Origin: Parcubacteria group bacterium Licking1014_17 | Lineage (GTDB): Bacteria > Patescibacteriota > Minisyncoccia > 2-02-FULL-40-12 > IGHO2-01-FULL-4-A | DNA: 64,000 nucleotides | Assembly: GCA_007376485.1 (NCBI GenBank) | Contig: VMGJ01000003.1 | Coordinates: forward strand, 81,252-145,251 | Direction of reading: 5' to 3' | Shown: in pieces, positions 50,771-61,328 of the stretch | Layout: every line of letters starts with the position of its first letter | Position numbering within the stretch: the stretch's first letter is position 1 | Made by a program: the position numbers and the translations under genes | The notes under the pieces: generated by a model | What the model saw: only the letters and a program-made list of their open reading frames with translations | Told to the model about the DNA's origin: nothing | Databases searched by the model: none

Positions 50771-51522
50771 AGTTCATTCTTTTTATTAGTCTCGGCGGAT
50801 TCAATAAACTCGCCACCGGACAGCCTCATAGTCGCCTATGAGATCGGACTCTATCTTATCGCAATTTTTTGCGATTCTGACGTATTAGTCTCTGGGGATT
50901 CTCGAGATTTTTGGTAATCAGAAAGAGAATATTTTCGCTTCCTGCCCTTACCTTCATTTAACTTCTCTCTTAATTCAATAATTTTTTCAAGACCCTCACG
51001 GGTAAAATGTTTGCCATTCGAGATGGTCTCAACGATTCTTTTGAATATCGAGAAGTTTGTTTTCTTTGAAGATGATAAAAAATTATATCTTTCAAAGAAT
51101 GGCACAATGATATCTCTCAATGAGTTTAGATTATTCACTGAATAATTCCAAACTCCATCTTTTCTTAACTCTAACCTTCCTGCCCCGAAATGTTTTTTCA
51201 TTAACGCCAGGACTGTCTGATCTCTTTGAGCCACATTGAAGGTCAAATAGATTTTCCAGCCAAAGCGGTAGTCATTCCTGGGAATTAACGAAACATTGAA
51301 GCTACCTTCACCATCCACAAAACCGGTAAAATACCAAGCTGTCGAGATGGGAATTTGTTTAATAACTTCTTTCATTTTGTTTAGAGTCTCGAGTCTTTCC
51401 TGCGGATTATCTGCACTGATGTTTTATTACTGATCTTCGACGTTCGGATCTAGTAACATCAGATACTAACCAGACTTTCCCGCATATAGTCAGATTTTAC
51501 AACTACAACTGTCGTTATAGTT
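50771..51522 (-). mobile_element. Intron-like insertion (putative group I intron) in 23S domain IV at the helix-69 region. It interrupts GGTAACTATAACG | GTCCAAAGGTAGCG, near E. coli position 1917, and carries a LAGLIDADG gene
   Basis: Exon junctions were read directly. Confidence 0.6.
50851..51375 (-). CDS. LAGLIDADG homing endonuclease (single-motif, homodimeric type)
   Basis: FTGFVDGEGSF motif. Confidence 0.85.
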   Translation of the reverse strand: MKEVIKQIPISTAWYFTGFVDGEGSFNVSLIPRNDYRFGWKIYLTFNVAQRDQTVLALMKKHFGAGRLELRKDGVWNYSVNNLNSLRDIIVPFFERYNFLSSSKKTNFSIFKRIVETISNGKHFTREGLEKIIELREKLNEGKGRKRKYSLSDYQKSRESPETNTSESQKIAIR

Positions 51523-52554
51523 ACCGCCGTCGTTCACGGGTGCTTCGGGCATCTGCAATGAGCTTGCGCCCACCACTTCAACCGTTAACATTCCCGCACC
51601 GGACAAGCGTCACCCCGTATACATCCTCTTTCGAGTTAGCACGGAGTTGTGTTTTTGATAAACAGTCGCCAGGGGTCTTTCGCTGCGTCCGCGCTTGCGC
51701 GCGGAAGGCCTTATCGCTAACTTACGGCCGCTTTTTTGCCGAGTTCCTTAGCCACTAATCACCCGTTCGCCTTGGTACAATCATACCGGTCCACCTGTTT
51801 CGGTTTTAAATACGTACCCAATCCTTTTGTCTTTAGAAGTTTTTCTTGGAAGCGCGCTCCCTTGAATTTCACCTTGCGATGATTTCCACAACGCTTGGGT
51901 TTCGCACTGAAGCGGCGACACGGATTTGCCAATGTCGCACCCTTACGCCATGAACGCAAATCCTTAATGCGCTCAGGGTACTGCATTTCGTCTCTCCATC
52001 AGAAAGGACCGGGGGGCCGGAATATTAACCGGCTATCCTTCGGCCTCCCCCGCCCGCAAGCGGGGTTATCCTTAGGCACGCCTAACCCTCCGTTGATTGT
52101 CATTGCGGAGGAAATCTTGGACTTTCGGCGAGAGGGGTTTTCACCCTCTTTGCGGTTACTCATCCGAGCATTCTCTCCTCCAAGCGCTCCAGCATGTCTC
52201 ACGGCACACCTTCACTGCGCTTGAAGTGCTCCCCTACCGTATGGAGACTTCGTAAAGGACTTAAGAATAAAAATTCTTAAGAAAAAAAAATGGACGGCGA
52301 GGAAGTAACTATGGTATCCAGGCACCACCAAGGACTTGCCCGGTCCCGGAACCCCACTTTTATACGTGAGGTTCTTAAGTTGGACTTTTAGGGAGCAGTA
52401 GCCATGGTTTAGCGGTCCGCGATAGTTAACTTCCTCGCTTATTTTTCCTTTACGAAATCTCCACACCCACGCATTCGGTACTATGCTTAGCCCCGTTGAA
52501 TTTTCGGCGCATCTTGCCTCGCACGGCCGAAGCCGTGTATCGAATAGTAAGCTG

Positions 52555-52596
<42 letters not shown>

Positions 52597-53227
52597 TATC
52601 TGTCTAAGGCAAAACACTTCCTTCTGTCACTTAGCATAGATTTAGGGACCTTAAGCTGTGGTTAAACGGCTATTCCCGTCGCGACCGTGAAGCTTTGCCC
52701 CCACGGTCTCACTACCGGTCATTACGCCGCGGTATTCAAAGTTTGGTTGATAATCCTACCCAGAGGGCACAGAAAATCATCCAGAGCTTTACCCCCGCGG
52801 TTACTAACCGGCGCTGCCCCTAAAGGCATTTCGGGGAGAACCAGCTATTACCGAGTTCGATTAGCTTTTCACTCCTACCCGCAAGTCATCCGATGATGTT
52901 GCGCTATCAACCAGTTCGGGCCTCCATCCGCCTTTCGGCGAACTTCACCCTGCTCACGGGTAGCTCACCCGGCTTCGGGTCTTTTACAAGCTACGTACAC
53001 ACATATATAAACCGAGGTGCAAACTCACCCGGTTTATATAGATGTGAGTCGCGCTATTAACACTTGGTTTCCCTTTGTCTCCGCCCTGTCGGGCTTAGAC
53101 TTTGCAACTTGTAAAAACTCGCTCGGTCATTCTTCAATAGGCACACCGTCGCCCCTTCGTCTTGCGACGAAAGAGTTCCGGCTCTTTGTAGGCATATGGT
53201 TTCAGTTACTATTTCACTCCCCTCACC

Positions 53228-53270
<43 letters not shown>

Positions 53271-54292
53271 ATCATCAAAAGTATTTAGTCTTGGACCGTA
53301 GTAGGCCCGGATTCACCACGGATAGTCTCGTCCATGGTTACTTAGGTAAAGAGACTTTCGCCTCAATAATACGTAGAGTTCGGAAATTTTCGCTTACGGG
53401 GCTATCACCCTCTTTGGCCGGCCTTTCCAGGACCGTTCTGCTAACCGCCGAATTTGTAACTCTATTTATCTTTGGAGCACAGCTTTCAGCCTCCCATGCC
53501 TCATGGCAGTGGAAGCTGGTCGCCGTGCAGATAATTGTATTATCCCTGCAACACCCGTTTATGTACTTTTAGGTACGAACAGGTTTAGACTATTGCCCCT
53601 TTCGCTCGCCACTACTTGGGGTATCGCGAACAACAAACGCCTGTATGCCTTGCGGCACACGGGTGTTCATTGTTACGTTCGCTTTTTTTTCCTCTGGGTA
53701 CTGAGATGTTTCACTTCCCCAGGTACGCCTCCCGGCTTGCGCCGGAATCACCGCATGTTACTGCAGTGGGGTTTCCCCATTCGGACATCTCCGGATCAAA
53801 GCCCGCTAGACGGCTCCCCGAAGCTTATCGCAGTCACGCCACGTCCTTCATCGCCTTTTGATGTCAAGGCATCCTCCATACGCCCTTGTTATGCATTTCC
53901 TTACAAGGTTGAGTTTCCAATTCCTTGTAGTACTTCCGATACCAAAGCCGCATCTTCTTATACCAGAAGTTCTAATCAGACTTAATTGTTAAAATTCTTG
54001 CCTTTTGCTCCCTGCGGCTGGCTCCTTAAAGAGGCAATCGTAGGAGGCTCTCCTTCGCCGAAAACGTATCATGGCTTCGGGGGAGTGGGCAAATTAGACT
54101 TAAAAACCGCGTCCGGCGCGGCTGTTTTGAATCGCTTCAAGTTAAAAATCAGCACCAGCCGCTTGTTTTTATAAGTCTATTGTATTTGGTATTCATTTGT
54201 CTTTGGTAATTGTAGCAGAACCCAACCTACGGAGTCAATACGTATGTTGATAAGGCGTTGATATCGCTAAGGACATCTTCAGACGGCGCGCC

Positions 54293-54410
54293 CCTCACCA
54301 CTTTTGCCGCCCAGCCAACGATTACTTCCGTTAAAACCTATTGCTGATTGCGCCGTTGGTTTTAAGCTTAAAACCAACGGTAATTTTCTGGCAAAAGTGG
54401 TGGGGGGGGT
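54293..54410. other. Nested inverted-repeat structure about 400 nt upstream of the 23S 5' end. Outer stem ccaccacttttgcc / ggcaaaagtggtgg, inner perfect hairpin ccgttggtttt-aagctt-aaaaccaacgg
   Basis: Read directly. It may be an rRNA leader or processing element. Confidence 0.3.
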
Positions 54411-54425
54411 CAGCGTAAAACTCAA

Positions 54426-55121
54426 CTAATCATTTACATGCTTGCGCAAGTCGCCGATCAACGAATCGGCATGTTCCTTTCCGCCTAACCCAAAGGCAAT
54501 GCCTGCCGCCAACGCGGCGGCGGCGATAATACCCATGATTGCCGTGCGGATAATATCCGTGCCTACTTCAAGTTTCTCCAGAGCGATAAGGAAAGAGAAA
54601 ATCAGCACCGCCCACCTTGCTATAGACCCAAGGAAATTGGCTGACGCCAACTTTGCCGCTTTCATTGAACCGCGCACCAACCCTTCCGCGAACTTGGCGA
54701 CGAGAGCTCCGATAATAAGGACTATCGCCGCTACGAATACATTCGGCAGATAGAGCACGACGGTCTGCAAAAATTCCGTCACCTGATCTAAGCCGAGTAT
54801 ATCAGTGGCAGCCATCAACGATACTATTATGAAGAACCACTTCACCAATTCATAGAAGAATATCGGGCTGTCCAGTTTATATCCGCTCCTGTCCCAAATC
54901 TTTTTGAAGCCGATGCTTTCAAGAATCTTGTCCAGTTGAATTATTCTGACGAGGTGCCAGACAAGCTTCCCGATAATAATGGCGACAATCCAGCCGATTA
55001 TGAAAACCAAAATCGCCGCGATCAGCTGAGGCAGAAAATTCACAACACTGCCCCAAAGACTCGTAAAGGTATCTCTGATTATATCCAAACCACTTGCTCC
55101 GTAACTGTTATACATACTCAC
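54426..55121 (-). CDS. Small polytopic membrane protein with conserved TM-helix repeats (MscS-related / YnaI-like, tentative)
   Basis: 231 aa and about 5 TM helices. Confidence 0.45.
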   Translation of the reverse strand: MSMYNSYGASGLDIIRDTFTSLWGSVVNFLPQLIAAILVFIIGWIVAIIIGKLVWHLVRIIQLDKILESIGFKKIWDRSGYKLDSPIFFYELVKWFFIIVSLMAATDILGLDQVTEFLQTVVLYLPNVFVAAIVLIIGALVAKFAEGLVRGSMKAAKLASANFLGSIARWAVLIFSFLIALEKLEVGTDIIRTAIMGIIAAAALAAGIAFGLGGKEHADSLIGDLRKHVND

Positions 55122-55282
55122 ACCTCCTTTCCTTTTTTTCTTTAATCTCCATAACCAAAGGCAATAAAAAACGCTCCCCTATATTTTAACATTAAAAGAA
55201 AGAAAGCTATCCACAGAGACATACAGGGGGGCGGCCGTTCCGGCCGCCCCCCTGTATTTTACAATTCGGAAATAATAAAAGT

Positions 55283-57337
55283 TCAAATCAAAAATCTCGC
55301 TATCAGCAGCGCCACGATGTTTGCTACCTTAATCATCGGATTGATCGCCGGTCCCGCCGTGTCTTTGTAGGGGTCGCCGACTGTGTCGCCTGTCACCGCC
55401 GCCTGGTGGGCGGGGGATTTTTTGCCGCCGAAGTTCCCTTCCTCAATATATTTCTTGGCGTTGTCCCAGGCGGCGCCGCCGGAAGTCATTGATATTGCCA
55501 TAAACAAACCGGTGATAATTACGCCAACCAACAGACCACCCAACGCTTGTGGTCCCAGCAGAAAGCCGACAGCGATGGGAATTACGATTGGAATCAAGGC
55601 GGGGATTATCATTTCTTTCAAAGCCGCCCTGGTAACAATATCTACCGCCGCCGCGTAATCGGGTTTTCCCGTCCCCTCCATTATGCCGGCGATTTCCCTG
55701 AACTGCCGGCGCACTTCTTCAACTATCGCGCTACCGGCTTTGCCCACCGCCTTCATCGCCATCGAGCCGAAAAGATAAGGCATCATGCCGCCGATTAATA
55801 AACCGATTAAAACCGAAGGGTTAGTCAAATCAAAACTGATGGGCGCTCCGGCGCCGGCAAATTCTTGGGTGTAAGCCGAAAACAAAACCAGAGCCGCCAG
55901 TCCCGCCGAGCCGATAGCATAACCCTTGGTTACCGCCTTGGTAGTATTACCCACAGCGTCCAACGGATCCGTCGCCTGCCTTACTTCTTCCGGCAGGTTA
56001 GCCATCTCGGCGATGCCGCCGGCGTTATCCGTAATGGGACCGAAAGCGTCAATTGCCAAAACTATCGCCGCCAGCGAAAGCATGCTCAAAGTAGCCAGCG
56101 CCACTCCGTACACGCCGACAAAAATATATGAGCCGAGTATCGCCGCGCAAATCACCACCACCGGCCAGACCGTTGACCGCATGGAAACCGCCAGCCCGGC
56201 GATGATATTTGTGCCGTGCCCGGTCTTGGATGCTTCGGCAATCCCCCGCACCGGTGAGAATTTTTTTGAAGTGTAATAATCCGTAATCCAGAAAATCAAG
56301 CCGGTAACCGCCAGTCCTATTATCAGGGCCAGAAATATTCTATAGCCGGCGATTTCGCCCAGCACCGGTTTCCAGACCAACGTCACGTAAAAAGAAGCGA
56401 CAGCCAGTATCGCTGTAAGAATCAGTCCCTTGTACATTGAACCCATAATACCCCCGTTCGGCCCATTCGATGGACTCAGGGCAGGCAGGCTCGGGGCAAG
56501 CACCTTGGGACCCAATTTTACAACCAGCGAACCTACAATTGACGCCAGCACGCCGATAGCGCCGATAAAAAGCGGAAAGGTAATTATATTCGCGATTGAA
56601 GAATAAAGTAGATTGCCCAGAAGCATTACCGAAATCGTAGAGACCAGATAAGTTTCAAAGACATCCGCCGCCATGCCTGCTGTGTCGCCGACGTTGTCGC
56701 CTACGTTGTCAGCAATGACCGCCGGATTGCGCGGGTCGTCTTCCGGAATTCCGGCCTCAACTTTGCCGACCAAATCCGCGCCGACATCCGCGCCCTTCGT
56801 GTAAATCCCCCCGCCAAGGCGGGCAAAAACCGAAATCAGCGAACCGCCAAAGCCCAAACCAATCAAGGCGGTTACGTCTTTAGTGAACCAATAAAATAAA
56901 GTCAGAACCAGAAGCCCGAGGCCGACCACGAAAAAGCCGGTTACCGCCCCGCCGCGGAAAGCCAGATTGAAAGCGTTGACGATGCCCGATTTTGCCGCTT
57001 CCGCTACCCGCACGTTCGCCCGCACCGCCACAAACATCCCGATATAGCCGGCGAGCGCCGAAGCCGCCGCGCCCACAATAAACCCAATTGCCGTGGTTAC
57101 GCCCAGAAATATATACAGGATTATCGCTACCAAAATGCCGACGACGACTACGACCTTATACTGCCTTTTCAGATAGGCATTCGCTCCTTCGCGGATTGCC
57201 TGCGAGATGGACTTCATCTTTTCATCCCCCTGCGGTTGTTTCAAAACGTTAAGTATCAAAACCGCCCCGTAAACCAGCGCCGCCAGAGCCGACGCCAAAG
57301 AAAAAATTAAAATAGTCATATGGATTAAAACTAACAA
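55283..57337 (-). CDS. hppA: Membrane-bound proton/sodium-translocating pyrophosphatase
   Basis: [14 protein letters not shown] and other V-PPase signature segments, about 16 TM. Confidence 0.9.
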   Translation of the reverse strand: MLVLIHMTILIFSLASALAALVYGAVLILNVLKQPQGDEKMKSISQAIREGANAYLKRQYKVVVVVGILVAIILYIFLGVTTAIGFIVGAAASALAGYIGMFVAVRANVRVAEAAKSGIVNAFNLAFRGGAVTGFFVVGLGLLVLTLFYWFTKDVTALIGLGFGGSLISVFARLGGGIYTKGADVGADLVGKVEAGIPEDDPRNPAVIADNVGDNVGDTAGMAADVFETYLVSTISVMLLGNLLYSSIANIITFPLFIGAIGVLASIVGSLVVKLGPKVLAPSLPALSPSNGPNGGIMGSMYKGLILTAILAVASFYVTLVWKPVLGEIAGYRIFLALIIGLAVTGLIFWITDYYTSKKFSPVRGIAEASKTGHGTNIIAGLAVSMRSTVWPVVVICAAILGSYIFVGVYGVALATLSMLSLAAIVLAIDAFGPITDNAGGIAEMANLPEEVRQATDPLDAVGNTTKAVTKGYAIGSAGLAALVLFSAYTQEFAGAGAPISFDLTNPSVLIGLLIGGMMPYLFGSMAMKAVGKAGSAIVEEVRRQFREIAGIMEGTGKPDYAAAVDIVTRAALKEMIIPALIPIVIPIAVGFLLGPQALGGLLVGVIITGLFMAISMTSGGAAWDNAKKYIEEGNFGGKKSPAHQAAVTGDTVGDPYKDTAGPAINPMIKVANIVALLIARFLI

Positions 57338-58356
57338 ATAGATATCTTTTTTTCCAGTTTTGACTCCATCGCTTTCTGAATATTATAACCGCAACAATGT
57401 TTCAAAACTCCCAGATAAGATTGTAAGTTATCGGTGTTAACTTTTTTCAAAATTCTTCTTCTTGTTTTTGTTCTCAAATTTACGCAGTATGGTCTGACAA
57501 TATAACCCAGAAAATCAATTCCCTGCCGGTATTTTCTAATGATAATTTTTTGCGGATGAAGATTTAATTGTAATATATTATTCAGATAATTGCCGACTAA
57601 AAACGATAATTCGTATAAATAATTTTTATCTTCGCTTAAAATAATAAAATCATCGCAATATCGGAGATAAAATTTCAATTTCAGATGGTGTTTTACAAAC
57701 TCATCCAACTCATTCAAGTATATATTCGCGAATAGCTGGCTTGTCACGTTGCCGAGTGGTAATCCTTTGTCAATATCTTTTTTAAAACTACTAATAATAA
57801 CTCCCAACAGCCAGAGTACGTTTTCGCCGTGAATCTTTCTTTTTATTAGACCAACTAGAATTTCGTGATCTATCGAATCAAAAAATCTCTTGACATCGCA
57901 TTTCAAAGCAAAAATATTCCTGCTGTTGTTTCTGCTCAATTTGCGGCAAAAAGATTTTAATCTCCTGATTCCTCTATACGTGCCTTTTCCCAGCCGACAA
58001 GAATAAGAATCAAAAATAAACCCAGCATCAAAAATTGGATAAAGAATCCTGAAAACGGCGTGATGCAGGATTCTATCTCTAACTGTGGCCTTATGAATGT
58101 GCCGAAGCTTTGGGTCAGTGATGCAAAAAGATTCGTATGGTGAGTGCTGATAAATCTTGGCTGATAGTTGATTGTGTAACCCAAATAGGTTATCTTCCAG
58201 ATTAAATTCGAATTCTAAAATGTCGCGTCTCTTCTTCTTTCCACGCCTAAATTCTTTCCACGCTAAAAACAAATTTTCCAAACTGATTATTTCTCCAAAT
58301 AAATCATGACTCTTATAAGCCCCCCCCCAAAAAAAAACTCCATACCTTTGATTCAT
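57331..58356 (-). CDS. DGR reverse transcriptase (cassette 3). The start is ambiguous, and the ORF as drawn reads through a T9/G9 homopolymer
   Basis: RYCDDFIIL and LPLGNVTSQ motifs. Confidence 0.8.
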   Translation of the reverse strand: MNQRYGVFFWGGAYKSHDLFGEIISLENLFLAWKEFRRGKKKRRDILEFEFNLEDNLFGLHNQLSAKIYQHSPYESFCITDPKLRHIHKATVRDRILHHAVFRILYPIFDAGFIFDSYSCRLGKGTYRGIRRLKSFCRKLSRNNSRNIFALKCDVKRFFDSIDHEILVGLIKRKIHGENVLWLLGVIISSFKKDIDKGLPLGNVTSQLFANIYLNELDEFVKHHLKLKFYLRYCDDFIILSEDKNYLYELSFLVGNYLNNILQLNLHPQKIIIRKYRQGIDFLGYIVRPYCVNLRTKTRRRILKKVNTDNLQSYLGVLKHCCGYNIQKAMESKLEKKISIC

Positions 58357-58671
58357 AGTATTTGCGATTTATACAGGAAAATATATCTTGTCGGACTTAA
58401 AATCCCCAAAAGAGACAGGCTGGGAATTTGCGCAAAAATTGAATCTATATGCCTTGATTTAATAAACTTACTAATTTCAGCCGCTTTTGAATCTAAAGAT
58501 AGGAAATTGTCTTTTCTTACTATTGCTCGTGTTAAAACAGAAATTCTAAAAAGATTGGTCCGGCTTGCGCATGAAATTGACGTAATCAAATCAGTTAATT
58601 ATATAGAATTGGAATCGCAATTGCAGGAAATATCAAAAATGATAAATGGCTGGATCAAATATTTAAAGTGA
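58306..58671 (+). CDS. avd: Avd-like accessory protein (cassette 3)
   Basis: 121 aa, [10 protein letters not shown] encoded by a C9A9 tract, with a C-terminal ...EISKMINGWIKYLK. Confidence 0.8.
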   Translation: MTLISPPPKKNSIPLIHSICDLYRKIYLVGLKIPKRDRLGICAKIESICLDLINLLISAAFESKDRKLSFLTIARVKTEILKRLVRLAHEIDVIKSVNYIELESQLQEISKMINGWIKYLK

Positions 58672-58700
58672 GAAAAACTCCCTAAGGAGTTTTTCTCACA

Positions 58701-58824
58701 AAACTACCTGACGGGCACGGAGGTTGTCGTTGGCATTGCCTGTGTTGTTCCAGTTCACGTTGACCTTGTCATCGCTGTTCCGATACATGTTTGGCACGTC
58801 GCCATCCTTGTTGCGAGAACCCGC
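58701..58824 (-). repeat. DGR template repeat TR3
   Basis: 124 bp at a constant offset of 410 from VR3. At least 20 mismatches, all at plus-strand T positions of the TR. It is AAC-rich in the VR frame. Confidence 0.85.
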
Positions 58825-59034
58825 CTTGGTACCTGACCTCATCTTTCCCACCGAAAATCTTGGAAAAATTTTCTGTGTTGGCTGGCTCCATGGCCAGAAT
58901 TATTCAAGAAACATCTCTAGTTAGAGAATCTTCACCAAGATCAGGCACGTAGTTTCTCTGTTTCAGGCAAACCGCTATCCACTTGGGATCGGTTATAATA
59001 GCCGGGTCTATTCTACAAAAATATAGCAAAAAGA

Positions 59035-59066
59035 GAAAGGCCCGCATCAGTCAGCCACTGCGGGCC
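59035..59066 (-). terminator. Hairpin plus T-tract downstream of target gene 3
   Basis: aggcccgca...tgcgggcct stem followed by TTCTCTTTTTGC on the minus strand. Confidence 0.45.
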
Positions 59067-59102
59067 TTATAAAAAGCGAACGAGAAAAAAGGAATAAGAG
59101 AA

Positions 59103-59873
59103 CTACAGAGAAACTACCTGACGGGCACGGAGGCGGCCGCTGGCAAGGCCTGTGAGGTCCCAGCTCACGTAGACCCTGACATCGCTGCCCCGATACATGA
59201 CAGGCACGACGCCATCCTTGTGGCGAGAACCCGCACATAAAGTTACGTTCTTATTGTCGAGATGGCCACTGGTCTTCCAATTGAACCATCGCCCAAGAAG
59301 AAGCCTTTCAAGAAGATTTATACTATTGATTTTCTTCTCCGCGACCCAACTGGCGGAGAGATTCTTGAGCTCTTCGTCAGCCTCTACGCGGTCACGCGTC
59401 CAGATAACGTAGGGCTTGCCGACGGGCATCCTGACGTTTTTTGTGACGACTTCATCCAAATTAGCATCACAAAATTTCCATTTCTCCGGGAACGAATCGA
59501 AAACCATCTGCATTGTCACACCGGGAACAACCAGCACACCCCAATTAAAACCGGGGGTTACTGGGGGCAGGGGAATTTGCGATGTTTTTCGGATTCTGAT
59601 GTTAAGCGCCTCCTTATAGAAATCCGCCCAGTCCTTCAGGAAGGATTTAACATCCAGCCCCGAGGTGGCATAGGTGATGCCTCCGTTGTCCTGATTAGTG
59701 GCTGTAGTTACGTCACCAACCAGTACGATTTCTGCCTCGCCGCGAAGGGCTTTGAGATGTTGACTGGCAATATTGCCACCACTCAGCTTTTTCACGTCTT
59801 CTGGCGTCCACCCCCCACGCTCAAAAGCGTGATCCAGCTCGGCTGCCTGTCGACTTGTCATAATTGATCCCAT
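59103..59873 (-). CDS. DGR variable (target) protein 3. It is cytoplasmic and 256 aa
   Basis: SD AGGAGA before the ATG. The C-terminus ...GSRHKDGVVPVMYRGSDVRVYVSWDLTGLASGRLRARQVVSL is encoded by VR3. Confidence 0.75.
   Translation of the reverse strand: MGSIMTSRQAAELDHAFERGGWTPEDVKKLSGGNIASQHLKALRGEAEIVLVGDVTTATNQDNGGITYATSGLDVKSFLKDWADFYKEALNIRIRKTSQIPLPPVTPGFNWGVLVVPGVTMQMVFDSFPEKWKFCDANLDEVVTKNVRMPVGKPYVIWTRDRVEADEELKNLSASWVAEKKINSINLLERLLLGRWFNWKTSGHLDNKNVTLCAGSRHKDGVVPVMYRGSDVRVYVSWDLTGLASGRLRARQVVSL
59111..59234 (-). repeat. DGR variable repeat VR3
   Basis: See TR3. Confidence 0.85.
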
Positions 59874-60050
59874 GACGTGTCTCCTCTGTTTTGCGACCTG
59901 TCTTTTCAGACGTGTCGCGGGTTTGTGTTTGGCTCAAAGTGAGCCGATATCAAAGTACTAAAAGCACATTAACGTTACCAATAATTACCCTACTTGTCAA
60001 CCCCGAACGAAGCCGCAAGGGTTCGCAGCGTGTTCCCGCTTCGTTTGGGG

Positions 60051-61115
60051 TCAAGCCAGCAGATTTTTGTCTTCTTTATTTTCCTTCTCCCCCAGCTCAA
60101 TAATATTTTTAGTTCTGTCCAGCATCAATCCCAGCCTTTTTTCGGTATCGTTATAAGAACCGGAGGCATCCGTAAGGTGTTTGCCGAGCCGCCGGAAGTC
60201 CTCGGCGAGCTTGGCGCCGTCAATGGTGATTCTTTCCAGCCGCTTAATAATCTCCTTCGTTTGCGAGCCAACTTGAATGTCCCTCAACCAGTGCCTTATC
60301 GCCGAAATTGACAGGGCAAAAGTATTGGGTGATACCAAAATCACCCTTTTGCTTCGGGCGTAGGCGGTGATGTCAATTTCTTTCATATTGCTGATAATTT
60401 CGTAATAAACCGTTTCGGCGGGAACGTACATCAGCGCCAAATCGGTCGTCCCCTCGGAAGGCAGAATATATTTGGCGGCGATTTCATCTATTTTCTTTTT
60501 AACGTCGGAGAAAAATATTTTTCTATACTGCTCCTTCTCGGCGTCGGAATTGGCATTGACCATTTTCTCAAAATTTTCCCAGTTGAATTTGGAATCAACC
60601 GGCAGGAGCAAGCCGTTGGGCAAAGTCAAAACCGCGTCCACCGCTTCCCCGCTTTTGAAATAATGCTGGAGCTGGAAATTATCGCGGGCGAAATATTGGT
60701 TCAGCGATGCCTCCAGCGACGACTCGCCCCAGATGCCGCGGAGCTTCGGGGATTTAAAAATATTTTGGAACGAAGAAACATCTTTCACACTGTCGTGAAC
60801 TTGTTTGACGGTGTCTTTCAGCTGGGTCAGCCCGCTGGTAAAACCCTCCACTTGTTTGTGGACATTAATGGAAGACCGCTCCACGGTTTCGCGGCTTTCT
60901 TTTAATTGGTCCGAAACCAATTTCAGAGTGTCTCTAAGAGCTTGACTGGTTGAGTTGCTAAGGCTTTCTATCCGCTGGCTCAAAATCTCAATTCCCTTGT
61001 CGTCTTTGGGTTCACGCCGGCGGACGAGAAAATAAGCCACAGCCATTCCTACAACCAACCCGACAATTCCGATAATTAAAGTCTGGGACATATTATGTAA
61101 TAAATCTAAACTCAA
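60051..61115 (-). CDS. rmuC: DNA recombination protein RmuC
   Basis: N-terminal TM anchor, coiled-coil, and the conserved RmuC C-terminal domain. Confidence 0.85.
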   Translation of the reverse strand: MSLDLLHNMSQTLIIGIVGLVVGMAVAYFLVRRREPKDDKGIEILSQRIESLSNSTSQALRDTLKLVSDQLKESRETVERSSINVHKQVEGFTSGLTQLKDTVKQVHDSVKDVSSFQNIFKSPKLRGIWGESSLEASLNQYFARDNFQLQHYFKSGEAVDAVLTLPNGLLLPVDSKFNWENFEKMVNANSDAEKEQYRKIFFSDVKKKIDEIAAKYILPSEGTTDLALMYVPAETVYYEIISNMKEIDITAYARSKRVILVSPNTFALSISAIRHWLRDIQVGSQTKEIIKRLERITIDGAKLAEDFRRLGKHLTDASGSYNDTEKRLGLMLDRTKNIIELGEKENKEDKNLLA

Positions 61116-61251
61116 AAGGCGGTATGGTCAAATTTTTTGGAGTCACGGGGTTTACTTATAAAATAAGATAGGATACAATGAGAATGCCACTTGCCTGTAG
61201 CTTACTAAACAATTGCCCAGTTCTTTTCTGAAGAAAGGAGGTGATAATAGT

Positions 61252-61317
61252 ATGTATAATAGCAATCATAACGCGGCGGCGTGGAAACGCCCTAAACTGC
61301 GCGCGAATAAACAATAA
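61252..61317 (+). CDS. Candidate 21-aa small ORF (MYNSNHNAAAWKRPKLRANKQ) with a near-perfect SD
   Basis: AAAGGAGGTGA 7 nt upstream of the ATG, and 11 nt upstream of the FecR-domain gene. Confidence 0.3.
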   Translation: MYNSNHNAAAWKRPKLRANKQ

Positions 61318-61328
61318 TTTATAAACAT

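Noticed and set aside
51759-51986. 75-aa basic ORF, and several other ORFs (53503..53985, 52212..52562, 53017..53301) inside the 23S rRNA
   Set aside because: The region aligns continuously with conserved 23S sequence. rRNA genes routinely give spurious basic ORFs. Only the LAGLIDADG ORFs and the SD-led helix-loop ORF sit in true insertions.
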